Below, piece after piece: positions 19,818-28,003 of a stretch of DNA of 64,000 bases (position 1 is its first letter; the number at the start of each line of letters is the position of its first letter). Position numbers and translations under genes: made by a program. The notes beneath the pieces were generated by a model. It saw only the letters and a list, made by a program, of their open reading frames with translations. It did no database searches and was not told the origin of the DNA. The DNA comes from Candidatus Latescibacterota bacterium. Its GTDB lineage: Bacteria > Latescibacterota > UBA2968 > GCA-2709665. The DNA lies in contig OZ220733.1 of NCBI GenBank assembly GCA_965116875.1, positions 3,360,001-3,424,000 of the forward strand. The letters run 5' to 3'.

Positions 19818-20627
19818 TTATATTTGCTTTTTGGCCACCAGAAGGCCCGGTTGTTTCCGGATATGAATCGCACCTTTTCGTGCGATCTCCCCGTCCGCGA
19901 CTCGTTGAAGTTTCTGCAATTCCCCGGCGCTGAGCCGGTTGAACGATCTGAAGTAAGCGACCAACGGTCCGGATTCAGTGATCTGTAGAGCGTCTTCGTA
20001 CTTACGTAAACGCACGTCGGAGAACCATTCGTCAAGCTCCTGGCGGCCGCTTTCGAGGCTGAACCAGTCCGAGTTTCCCGCCTTGTCGGGGAATGCACTC
20101 GGATTCACCCTGCGTGCGAGTTCGGAGATGTTTTCCTTGTCGCCCCTGCCGTTCGCAGCCGCAAGGAAGTGTCCAGCCGGTCTCAATACCCGACGGATCT
20201 CCGAGAACGCCATGCTGCGGTCCGGCACGTGATAGAGCATGTGATTTGCAATAACGGCGTCAAATTCGCGGTCGCCGTACGGGATGGCCTGGACGTCGCA
20301 CACGACGAAGTCGAACGTCGCCTCAATCCTGAAGAGACGCTCTCTTGCTGCCCCGACCATACCGGGCGAGAAGTCGGAAAGCGTGACTTTCCAACGTGCA
20401 GGGATCCTATCCGCGTTGTGGGACCAGAGATAGCCCGGTCCGCAGCCGACCTCCAGGATCGTCCCGCCGGAAGGCGCCGTGAGTTGATCGAAGACCCACG
20501 GGTGCCAGCCGCGCCCGTTCGTGCTGAATCGCGCGTGGAGTTCGTATCTCGCATTGAGATTGGACGTATCTCCGTACTGGTGGCGTCGGAGATGGTCGCG
20601 GTCAGAATGTCGTGAGGACTTCGGCAT
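19818..20627 (-). CDS. Class I SAM-dependent methyltransferase
   Basis: LEVGCGPG, ANHMLYHVPD and RVLRP motifs. Confidence 0.9.
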   Translation of the reverse strand: MPKSSRHSDRDHLRRHQYGDTSNLNARYELHARFSTNGRGWHPWVFDQLTAPSGGTILEVGCGPGYLWSHNADRIPARWKVTLSDFSPGMVGAARERLFRIEATFDFVVCDVQAIPYGDREFDAVIANHMLYHVPDRSMAFSEIRRVLRPAGHFLAAANGRGDKENISELARRVNPSAFPDKAGNSDWFSLESGRQELDEWFSDVRLRKYEDALQITESGPLVAYFRSFNRLSAGELQKLQRVADGEIARKGAIHIRKQPGLLVAKKQI

Positions 20628-20681
20628 GGGTGTGTACGCCCGACCCCGGTCGATTGGCTGGAATGCCTTCCTGTTTGCGGG

Positions 20682-22433
20682 TTATTCCTCCGCGCCGCAT
20701 CGCCTGAGCAAAGCACCCATGTCTGTGATCTTCGTGTCGAGTCGGGCATATTCCTTATGACCCTGCGGATTCTCGCTCCAGGCCAGGGGCGTCGCCCAGG
20801 ACGCGCCTGCCAGATTCGGATCGGCGCCCGCTTCCAGCATGAACCTGGCGAGTTCGGGCCACTCGAATCGTACCGCCATTGCGAGCGGCGTGGACTGCCT
20901 CTCTCCGCCCAGCACGTTCAACTCTGCTCCGTGGTCAATGAGCTTTCGCGCGAACACGATACGGTCTTGCTCCGTGACGTGCCAGGTGATCTCTGCGGTC
21001 CAATGCAGGGGAGTGAGGCCGCCTTTCTTCTCGGGTGCGTTGGGATCGAACCCGTGTTCCAGAAGGCGTTCGAAGCAGGCGTAGAAGTGTTCGGCGCGGG
21101 CCTTACCGGGATTGCCCGGACAGCGTAGCCGCCACATCCGCATGGCCAGGCACAGAACCTCGTGCATTTCGCTTTCCGAAAAACCCGGATTCTGCGAAAG
21201 GCAGATTGCCACGAGGTCCGGGTGCCCGCCGTGGACGGCGCCCTTCAGAACGTCCTTTGCGCACGACGGATCGGAATTGACGAGCGCCGCGTCCACGGCA
21301 ATGTTGTCGCTGTTGGCGGCGTAGAATCCCGGCGCCACCCCGTCGTCGAAGCCGGGAAATGCGCCGTGTCGCAACAGCAGCTTTTCGATCGCGTCGTTCC
21401 CGTTCGCGATCGCCCAGTTCAGTGCATTGCCGGAGGCGTCCATCACGGTATGCGCCGATGCTCCGTTCTCCAGCAGCAGCGTTGCCATCTCCAGATCATC
21501 ATTGAGCGCCGCCGCGTGCAACGGGGCCCCTCGCTCGGCCACGGGATATCCCTCATACTTATCGTATGGCGTGTCCGGGTCCGCGCCCCGTTCCAGCAGG
21601 AGGCGCACGACTTCCAGGTGTCCCTTGTCGGCGGCGATCGAAATTGGATACGCGTCCATGCCCGGATAGTTACGACCCCAGTCGTTCACGGCTTCGGGAT
21701 CGGCATCGAGGATCCTGCGCGCGCCGTCGACGTCGCCGATCGCGCAGGCCGCCCACAGGTCGTATTCCGCTCCCCGTCCCAGCAGAATGCCGCCAATGAC
21801 CGGCCACAAAGGACTCGGCGGGGGGTCCCAACCCCGTTTGGGCCGTGGGCCAAGGGCGAGGTGGATCGGCTTCTTCCCGCGGGCATTTGTTCGATTCGGA
21901 TCGGCGCCCCGATCCAGAAGCTCCTGGACGATCTCGACGTGATGATTTTCCACCGCGACGTGAAGCGCCGTGTCGCCGCCACGGTTCACAGAGTGTACTC
22001 CGGAAGGGTCCGAGTCGAGCCGTTCCGCCAGGGCGTCGATTTCGCCTCTTTCGGCGGCCCGGCATAGAGCCGCGCCAGTCTCCGTCTCTCCGGACTGTCT
22101 CAAGCGCCACGCTTCCATAGCTTCGGCCACTTCGGTATGCCCGCTGTGCCGGGCCATGTCGATTGCCGACACCCGCTCCCGGTAGGTCACCCGGGTCGGG
22201 CTGGCGCCGGCCTCCAGAAGCAGCCGCAGCACCTCCAAATGACCCTCCCGGGCCGCGTAGTGAATGGCCTGATAGCCCTGCACACCGTCTCGCCGAGCGA
22301 GTTCGGGTTTCCGCTCCAGGATGGCCCGCACCTCGTTAACGTCGCCCTCGCGTGCCGCCTTGCAGATTTCCGCGACACCGGCGGATTCGCTATCCCGGAC
22401 CGGTCCGTTCCTCCTGGACGTCTTCTTCGTCAT
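20682..22433 (-). CDS. Ankyrin-repeat protein
   Basis: Multiple TALH/TPLH...LL..GADPN repeats; start MTKK at 22433 preferred (track ORF starts 22547). Confidence 0.9.
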   Translation of the reverse strand: MTKKTSRRNGPVRDSESAGVAEICKAAREGDVNEVRAILERKPELARRDGVQGYQAIHYAAREGHLEVLRLLLEAGASPTRVTYRERVSAIDMARHSGHTEVAEAMEAWRLRQSGETETGAALCRAAERGEIDALAERLDSDPSGVHSVNRGGDTALHVAVENHHVEIVQELLDRGADPNRTNARGKKPIHLALGPRPKRGWDPPPSPLWPVIGGILLGRGAEYDLWAACAIGDVDGARRILDADPEAVNDWGRNYPGMDAYPISIAADKGHLEVVRLLLERGADPDTPYDKYEGYPVAERGAPLHAAALNDDLEMATLLLENGASAHTVMDASGNALNWAIANGNDAIEKLLLRHGAFPGFDDGVAPGFYAANSDNIAVDAALVNSDPSCAKDVLKGAVHGGHPDLVAICLSQNPGFSESEMHEVLCLAMRMWRLRCPGNPGKARAEHFYACFERLLEHGFDPNAPEKKGGLTPLHWTAEITWHVTEQDRIVFARKLIDHGAELNVLGGERQSTPLAMAVRFEWPELARFMLEAGADPNLAGASWATPLAWSENPQGHKEYARLDTKITDMGALLRRCGAEE

Positions 22434-22716
22434 CGCGAACAGTTCCTTCTTTGGCCTTTTAACCTTGATTCGTAAGTTTTCGTGGACGTTAATTCGAATA
22501 TGTGCTAGTAAATAAAGGCGATTAGAAGGCGGATTACCAGGATACACCCGGTCACTGGAAGTGAACAGTTCCTCTCCCCGTGGCCCCTCAGATTCGGGTA
22601 GAAGGGAGACGGTAGAGGGGAGAGATTTCCTGCCTTATGGAGTTTCTTTTCCTGCCGGAGGCAAGAAGGAACAGAGTACCGGGCAAGGGTTTCTTCTACC
22701 GTCTACTATGTTAAAA

Positions 22717-23124
22717 GTCAAGAGAAAACGACCATATGTTGGCCTCAGATGCTGGGGTTACTCTACCATTATGCGTACCTATGCGACGCGTTCATTCCGA
22801 CACGCTCGACGAGCGTGTCGGAATGAACGAAATAAACGTCATTGAGGCCTGAATGGTTCCCTGCCGCACGACAGCAGTAGGGACCAGGCGTACGGTGTTC
22901 GCTGTTGGATGGCCTCAGATGCTGGGGCAACGCTACCAATCTACTATTCGTAGTCGCCTGGTGCAGGCGCTGACATGTCATTTATCCGGAGCCGTGCGAT
23001 AGGGGACGGGGCGTGCAAACTTCACTTACGTAGTACCCTGTGGGTCTACAAGACGGTAGGCGCCGTCCCCTGTACTCCGCGATCAAAAGCGGTGCGTGCG
23101 CAGGCATCTGTTGCGACCGTGTGT
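22717..23124 (-). ncRNA. Putative bridge/seek RNA, copy 1 (ends approximate)
   Basis: Non-coding region downstream of the recombinase; stem-internal loop-stem at 23001-23071 contains CUACCGUCU, identical to the target left half plus core. Confidence 0.8.
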
Positions 23125-24195
23125 TCACCCGGCGATGAGGCCCAGCTGATAGGGCTCTCCATTCAGCAGGATCCTGCGCATACGGCCCACCAGGATTCTG
23201 GCAACACCGACGATGGCGCGTTTGCCACCGGCACGCACCTTCAAGTGTTCGTATTTTTCCTGCATCGCGGGATCTTTCTCGATCAGGCGCCAGGCCGCCT
23301 GGGTAAGTAACGCACGTACAATGGGCTTTCCCTGGCGGGTGATGCGCCCGTGCCTCACGTGCTCGCCCGACGAGTGCTGGCCGGGCGTCAGCCCCACGTA
23401 GGCCGCCAGCGCATCTGCGTTCTTGAAGCGCGCCACATCCTGCAGTTCCAGGAGGATCTCCATGGCAGACAAGCATCCCACGCCCGGGATCGACGTCAGG
23501 ATCGCCACCCGATCCCGATACGTGTCTGTTTGCGCAAGCTCCCACAGCATTTTCGTCTGGCGCCCCACCAGTTCACACAGATCATCGTATTGTTCCAGCA
23601 TGTTCTCGAAGCTTTCCTGCGCACACGGCTCCCCCAGGTCCACACCACGCAGTGCGGTCACGAACTTGTCAGACCACGTCCCTCTGGATTCTTCGTGCAC
23701 ATACAAACCCATATACCGCAGTTCGGCCTTGATCCGTAGTTGTACACGCACCCGATCCTTGATGAACTGCCGGCGGCGACGACTCACTTGGCGGTGGCAC
23801 CGCTCTTCATGCGTCGGCACATAGATCGATGCCAGCAGGTCCGTCCTCAGATAATCCGCCAGCTTGAAGCTGTCGATGGAATCCGTCTTGACCCGATTCC
23901 CACTCTGGCTCGGGATCAGGCTCGGCGGCGTCACCGAAGCAGACACACCCATATCGACAAGAAAATCATATAACCAGAAACCGAAATAACCGGCTTCATA
24001 CACCGCAAAGATCTCTTTCGCTTCGCCATAACGACTCAACACCTTATCGATCGCCTCTGCTGTGCCTGCGATGCGATTGGAGAACAGTCGCAACCCATCC
24101 TCGTTGAGAATCGTCACGTGCCACTGCTTGAGATGCATGTCGATGCCCACGAAAAGATCCTTGCCATCCCACGCTTCAACGGTATACCTTGCCAT
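23125..24195 (-). CDS. IS110-family DEDD recombinase/transposase
   Basis: GIDMH, YEAG and KTD.ID (DEDD); IPGVG; GLTPGQHSSG catalytic-Ser loop; ATG at 24195 after AAGGAGG (track ORF starts 24237). Confidence 0.96.
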   Translation of the reverse strand: MARYTVEAWDGKDLFVGIDMHLKQWHVTILNEDGLRLFSNRIAGTAEAIDKVLSRYGEAKEIFAVYEAGYFGFWLYDFLVDMGVSASVTPPSLIPSQSGNRVKTDSIDSFKLADYLRTDLLASIYVPTHEERCHRQVSRRRRQFIKDRVRVQLRIKAELRYMGLYVHEESRGTWSDKFVTALRGVDLGEPCAQESFENMLEQYDDLCELVGRQTKMLWELAQTDTYRDRVAILTSIPGVGCLSAMEILLELQDVARFKNADALAAYVGLTPGQHSSGEHVRHGRITRQGKPIVRALLTQAAWRLIEKDPAMQEKYEHLKVRAGGKRAIVGVARILVGRMRRILLNGEPYQLGLIAG

Positions 24196-24296
24196 CACGA
24201 GCCTCCTTGTGAAAGTGTTTGTTACGGGCAAAGGCAAAGTATACTCTCACAAGCTGAGGCTCAACTCATTTTAACATAGTGACTTCCCTCTACCCT

Positions 24297-26696
24297 CTAC
24301 CCGCATTCAGGCCTTTTGTGGCCAATTTGACTGTAGTCTTTTTTCTGATTGAGGTTGTGCGGTGATCGGTTATCTGTGAGATCCGCGGTCTCCACCAGTT
24401 TCCACGTGTTTCCGCGATCCGGTGACATCATCAGCGAACGGCGGCTTTCCGGGTGGTCGTTCCTGTAGAACCAGTAGGTGGAGAAGTAGTCGTACGAGAG
24501 GAACAGCCGCCCGATGCGGTCTATAGTGAGCCGGTGGTAGAACACGCTGTATTCGGAGAACGGCGGCACGACGAGGACCCGGGGTTCCTGCCAGGCCCCT
24601 TCCGCGGGGCGATGCTGATGGGCCAGCGTCGCGTAGTTGCCGGCCGGGAAGTAGCTGGTGCCGTTCCACCAGAGTCTGAAGGCCGAATGCAGCGTGTCCT
24701 CCGGGTCGCAAACGAAGCCGATGTAGGTCTGCCGGGCGTCCGGCCATGCATCGCGGGGTTCCGTCCAGCCGGCGTCAGCCGTGTTCGAGCCCAGCGATCG
24801 TGCATACGGGAAGGGACATCCATGGGTTCCGGACAGCGCGTGCAGATAACCCCGGCTGTCCATGGTGATGCTGGGAGAATTGTGGATGTCGTTCGCGGGC
24901 GGACCGTAACCGACCAGTGCGGGCGCGCCCATCTGCCGCGTCTCCCTGTCGACGGTGGCGACGTACGTGGGCACGCCGGGGACGTCCTCGCCGGGGTCGG
25001 TCGCTTCGGCCCAGATGACGTTTACTCTGCCTTCTCTCGAGACAACCGAAGCGGGGATCCCGGAATGCTGGGAAAGGCCGATGCACCGATCGGAGACGAG
25101 TATCGGTTCGCCCAACGAAAGGCCGCGGGACGTCTTCTCGGGCAGGAAGAGCTCCAGGTCATTGACTTTTCGCCAGAACAGGCGCGCATCTTCCTCGGTG
25201 CGGGCGTAGCGGAGAACCGGAGGCGGTCCGTCACAGGAATTATGGCCGGTAAACCATTCGATATCGAAAGTACGCGGACAATCCTCTCTGCCGGGAATCG
25301 CGCATGCGGAGAAGGTGCGACCCTGGTCCGAGGAGTACAGCAGGTTGGGTTGACCGTTGACATTGGCTACAATATATAGTAGATTCTCCGAGTCGAAGGC
25401 AATCTTGGTGGATGCAGTTCCATCAGCGGCGTTGTCAATGCCGCGTACGGAACTTCCGAAGTCGGACTCGGTCCAGCGGCCGTCGCGCAAGGCGCTGATC
25501 CCTTTTTCGGTCCGTACGAATGGACGGTTTTCGAGATCGAAATAGATCTGGTTCTCTACGGGAAGATCGGGCACGAAACCGAACTGTGCGTTTTCATGTT
25601 CGTAGGGCTTCAATACCAGGGGCAGTCTGATGGGCCGCCGGACGGGTGAGGTTCCCGCCCTCAGCGTCAGCGTTGAATAGGTGGATATTTCCGGGTAGGT
25701 ATCGGACGTGGCCCTCAGCCGGCACGTAAGGACGTCATCTTCACCTGCCGAATCCGGCATGGCGTAACGGGCGGTGACGCGAGTGCGTTCCATTGGGCCC
25801 AGATCGACGGTGTCCGTGGAGAGCCGGACGGGGAGGGTGGATGCCCCGTCTGTTTCAGGCGTCAGCCGCACGGTTTGCGCCCTTTTGGAACTGTTTCTGA
25901 CGACGAAGTCGATCGCGCCGGACGCTCCGGCGCGGACGTACAGGTTTCGGTTGTAGGGTGTGAGCAGCCAGCGGCAGGCGTGGAGGGGGAAGAAGGATTC
26001 CGGGTTCGGGCTCCAGTACGACATGTTTACGTGGGGGTCGTCGTCGGACCAGCGCGTGACGCCGTCGACGTGGATAACGGCTTGCTGGACGGGCAGGTGG
26101 AGGCGCCAGGGCGTGGAACGGCGATCGTCTGCCGGAAACGTATGCGTGACGCGCCCGTTCCGGACCGCAAGGGTATCCACGGGGTTTCCGGCAGCATCGA
26201 ACACGGTCAGCGCTTCTACAGAATCGGGCAGGTCTTCGATTTCGACGTCGAACGTGCTCCGGGGTGGAAGAAAGCAAACGTTGCCGGGATGCTCCGGCGC
26301 GAGCAGGACGATGGGTTCCTGGTGCCTGGCGTCCTTGTGACCGCGGGACGTCTCGATGAGGTAATGCCTGCAGTTGGTCCGAAACGCCCAGACGATCTCC
26401 TCGCCGTACCGGTCATTAGATATCGTGATGTTGAGTTTGTAGATGCCTTTGTGGTTGACATGCGTCGACAACCGTGTATGTTGAACAGGGCCGTTGCCAT
26501 CGCCGGGACCGGAATCGGGAATCGTCACCTCCTGAATGACCCTTCGGTCCGGCGTAATCAGAAGCGCGCGCAGGTCCGTGCGGCGATTGTGGACGTTCCG
26601 GTCTCGTTTCTGCAGGTCAATGACAAGTTCACCGGGCTCGGCAAGAAAATACGCACCTCCCGCGCCGCCGATACCCCATCGAATCGTCGAATCCAT
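24297..26696 (-). CDS. BNR-repeat (sialidase-like propeller) protein
   Basis: YSSDQGRTF and SPDRGNTW Asp-boxes; DIHNSPSI..DS.GYLH motif; start MDST at 26696 preferred. Confidence 0.75.
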   Translation of the reverse strand: MDSTIRWGIGGAGGAYFLAEPGELVIDLQKRDRNVHNRRTDLRALLITPDRRVIQEVTIPDSGPGDGNGPVQHTRLSTHVNHKGIYKLNITISNDRYGEEIVWAFRTNCRHYLIETSRGHKDARHQEPIVLLAPEHPGNVCFLPPRSTFDVEIEDLPDSVEALTVFDAAGNPVDTLAVRNGRVTHTFPADDRRSTPWRLHLPVQQAVIHVDGVTRWSDDDPHVNMSYWSPNPESFFPLHACRWLLTPYNRNLYVRAGASGAIDFVVRNSSKRAQTVRLTPETDGASTLPVRLSTDTVDLGPMERTRVTARYAMPDSAGEDDVLTCRLRATSDTYPEISTYSTLTLRAGTSPVRRPIRLPLVLKPYEHENAQFGFVPDLPVENQIYFDLENRPFVRTEKGISALRDGRWTESDFGSSVRGIDNAADGTASTKIAFDSENLLYIVANVNGQPNLLYSSDQGRTFSACAIPGREDCPRTFDIEWFTGHNSCDGPPPVLRYARTEEDARLFWRKVNDLELFLPEKTSRGLSLGEPILVSDRCIGLSQHSGIPASVVSREGRVNVIWAEATDPGEDVPGVPTYVATVDRETRQMGAPALVGYGPPANDIHNSPSITMDSRGYLHALSGTHGCPFPYARSLGSNTADAGWTEPRDAWPDARQTYIGFVCDPEDTLHSAFRLWWNGTSYFPAGNYATLAHQHRPAEGAWQEPRVLVVPPFSEYSVFYHRLTIDRIGRLFLSYDYFSTYWFYRNDHPESRRSLMMSPDRGNTWKLVETADLTDNRSPHNLNQKKDYSQIGHKRPECG

Positions 26697-27011
26697 AGGT
26701 CTTCGCCTCTTGTTGGTGGTTGATCCCTCGCAGCTGGTACAAGTATAAGGTTGAGGGTCGTCAATTGAAACGAAAATAAGTCCGGGGCAGGGTCTGTGGA
26801 TCTGCATTTCGCAGACCGGCGCCCGGAGTGCGTTGCCCCGTCTGCTTCCGGACACAACGTTGGATTTTTGGAACGAAGAAGCGATCTGCGAAGTCGAAGA
26901 GCAATGAAGGTTTCACGCCTGGATGTTGGCTCTTCCATGGACGCTGCAGATTCACAACCCTGACGTAACCGGCCCGTAACACGAAAAATTATATTGTGCA
27001 GCTGATGTTTT

Positions 27012-27821
27012 TTGTCGCGGTTTGGTATATCTACCGTGAGGGGGGACAAGATGAAGTTCGTGCTGCATCGGTTTGAAGGATCCATCCTGTCAATTCTGGC
27101 CGCCCAGCGGGACAGACGCAAGCGCTTTCAACTGCTTCTTGAGGATCGACGGACCGGAATCCAGGTGGAAAAGCGGGACAAGAACCCGGAAGCGGACCTG
27201 AAACGGCGGTATCGACAGGTTCTCGGCCTTTCCTTCGCGCTTTCCGTAGCATTGCATGCCGGAATCGCCGTACTGTTTCCAACCCTGGATATTCAGGCTA
27301 CGACTTCCAAGCCGGACCAGATCGTGATTCATGTGGAGGACCTTCCCGAGACCCGGCAGATCACACGTCCGCCGCCGCCGCCCCGTCCCGCCCTGCCGAT
27401 CGAAACCGAAAGCGATGACGTACCGGACGACGTGACCATCGAGACGACCGATCTCGAATTGGAAGACGTGCCGGTGGATCTTCCACCGCCTCCGACGGCA
27501 GAGAATGAATCCATTCTCATCGAAGAGGAGGAAATCCTGGAAGTCTGGAAGGTGGAGCAGAAGCCCAGGCTGATCAGGCGGGCGATCCCTGATTATCCGG
27601 CGTTTGCACTGCGTGCCGGCCTGCAAGGATCGGTGATGTTGAAAGTGCTTCTTGGCCGGGACGGCAAAGCGGAGCAGATCCAGGTGCTGAAAGGCGAGGA
27701 GATCTTCCGGGCATCGGCCAGGGAAGCCGTGAGCAAGTTCCTGTTCGAACCGGCCCGCCAGAGCGACCGTCCGGTAAAGGTGTGGCTCGTAATTCCCATA
27801 CACTTCAAGCTGCAGGACTGA
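27012..27821 (+). CDS. tonB: Energy transducer TonB
   Basis: TM helix with SVALH, Pro-rich linker, C-domain YP..A..AGLQG.V and F.FEPA. Start uncertain. Confidence 0.85.
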   Translation: MSRFGISTVRGDKMKFVLHRFEGSILSILAAQRDRRKRFQLLLEDRRTGIQVEKRDKNPEADLKRRYRQVLGLSFALSVALHAGIAVLFPTLDIQATTSKPDQIVIHVEDLPETRQITRPPPPPRPALPIETESDDVPDDVTIETTDLELEDVPVDLPPPPTAENESILIEEEEILEVWKVEQKPRLIRRAIPDYPAFALRAGLQGSVMLKVLLGRDGKAEQIQVLKGEEIFRASAREAVSKFLFEPARQSDRPVKVWLVIPIHFKLQD

Positions 27822-28003
27822 GTCTGCGCGAAGTCCGAATTATTGCAAAATGGCGGAAAATCCGTTACATTCATTAATTGAATGCTGTGTCCCGAGAATG
27901 ACTTCCCCTTGCCATCCCTACTCTGTTGTCACTCTTCTTTCCAGCAGAGACAACCGACAGCTCAATCAGAGATTCCTCAAGTTCACAATTGCAAACGTAA
28001 CCC

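Larger units (their letters stand above)
22705..24284 (-). mobile_element. IS110-family (IS1111-type) insertion sequence, copy 1
   Basis: 1580 bp near-identical to two other copies; sub-terminal IR actatgttaaaa (22705-22716) / ttttaacatagt (24269-24280); CT at both junctions; no target duplication beyond the core. Confidence 0.95.
22595..24303. repeat. ~129-bp nested-hairpin target repeat, copy 1 (22595-22704 plus 24285-24303), interrupted by IS
   Basis: cgggtaga/tctacccg outer arms, cctgcc/ggcaagg middle arms, tgcc-gga-ggca apex; homologous to the flanks of the other two IS copies. Confidence 0.8.

Noticed and set aside
22910-22940. HDV-like ribozyme or riboswitch suggested by gctggggcaac
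   Set aside because: Could not build the required nested pseudoknot or any riboswitch consensus by eye; an Rfam scan would settle it.
22769-22981. 70-aa minus-strand ORF downstream of each recombinase (also 31365-31577, 55514-55726)
   Set aside because: No RBS or recognisable domain; the region is better explained as structured RNA.
22696-24291. Classical terminal inverted repeats with target-site duplication (DDE-type IS)
   Set aside because: Only the CT dinucleotide is shared at the junctions, the IRs are sub-terminal and the protein is DEDD type.
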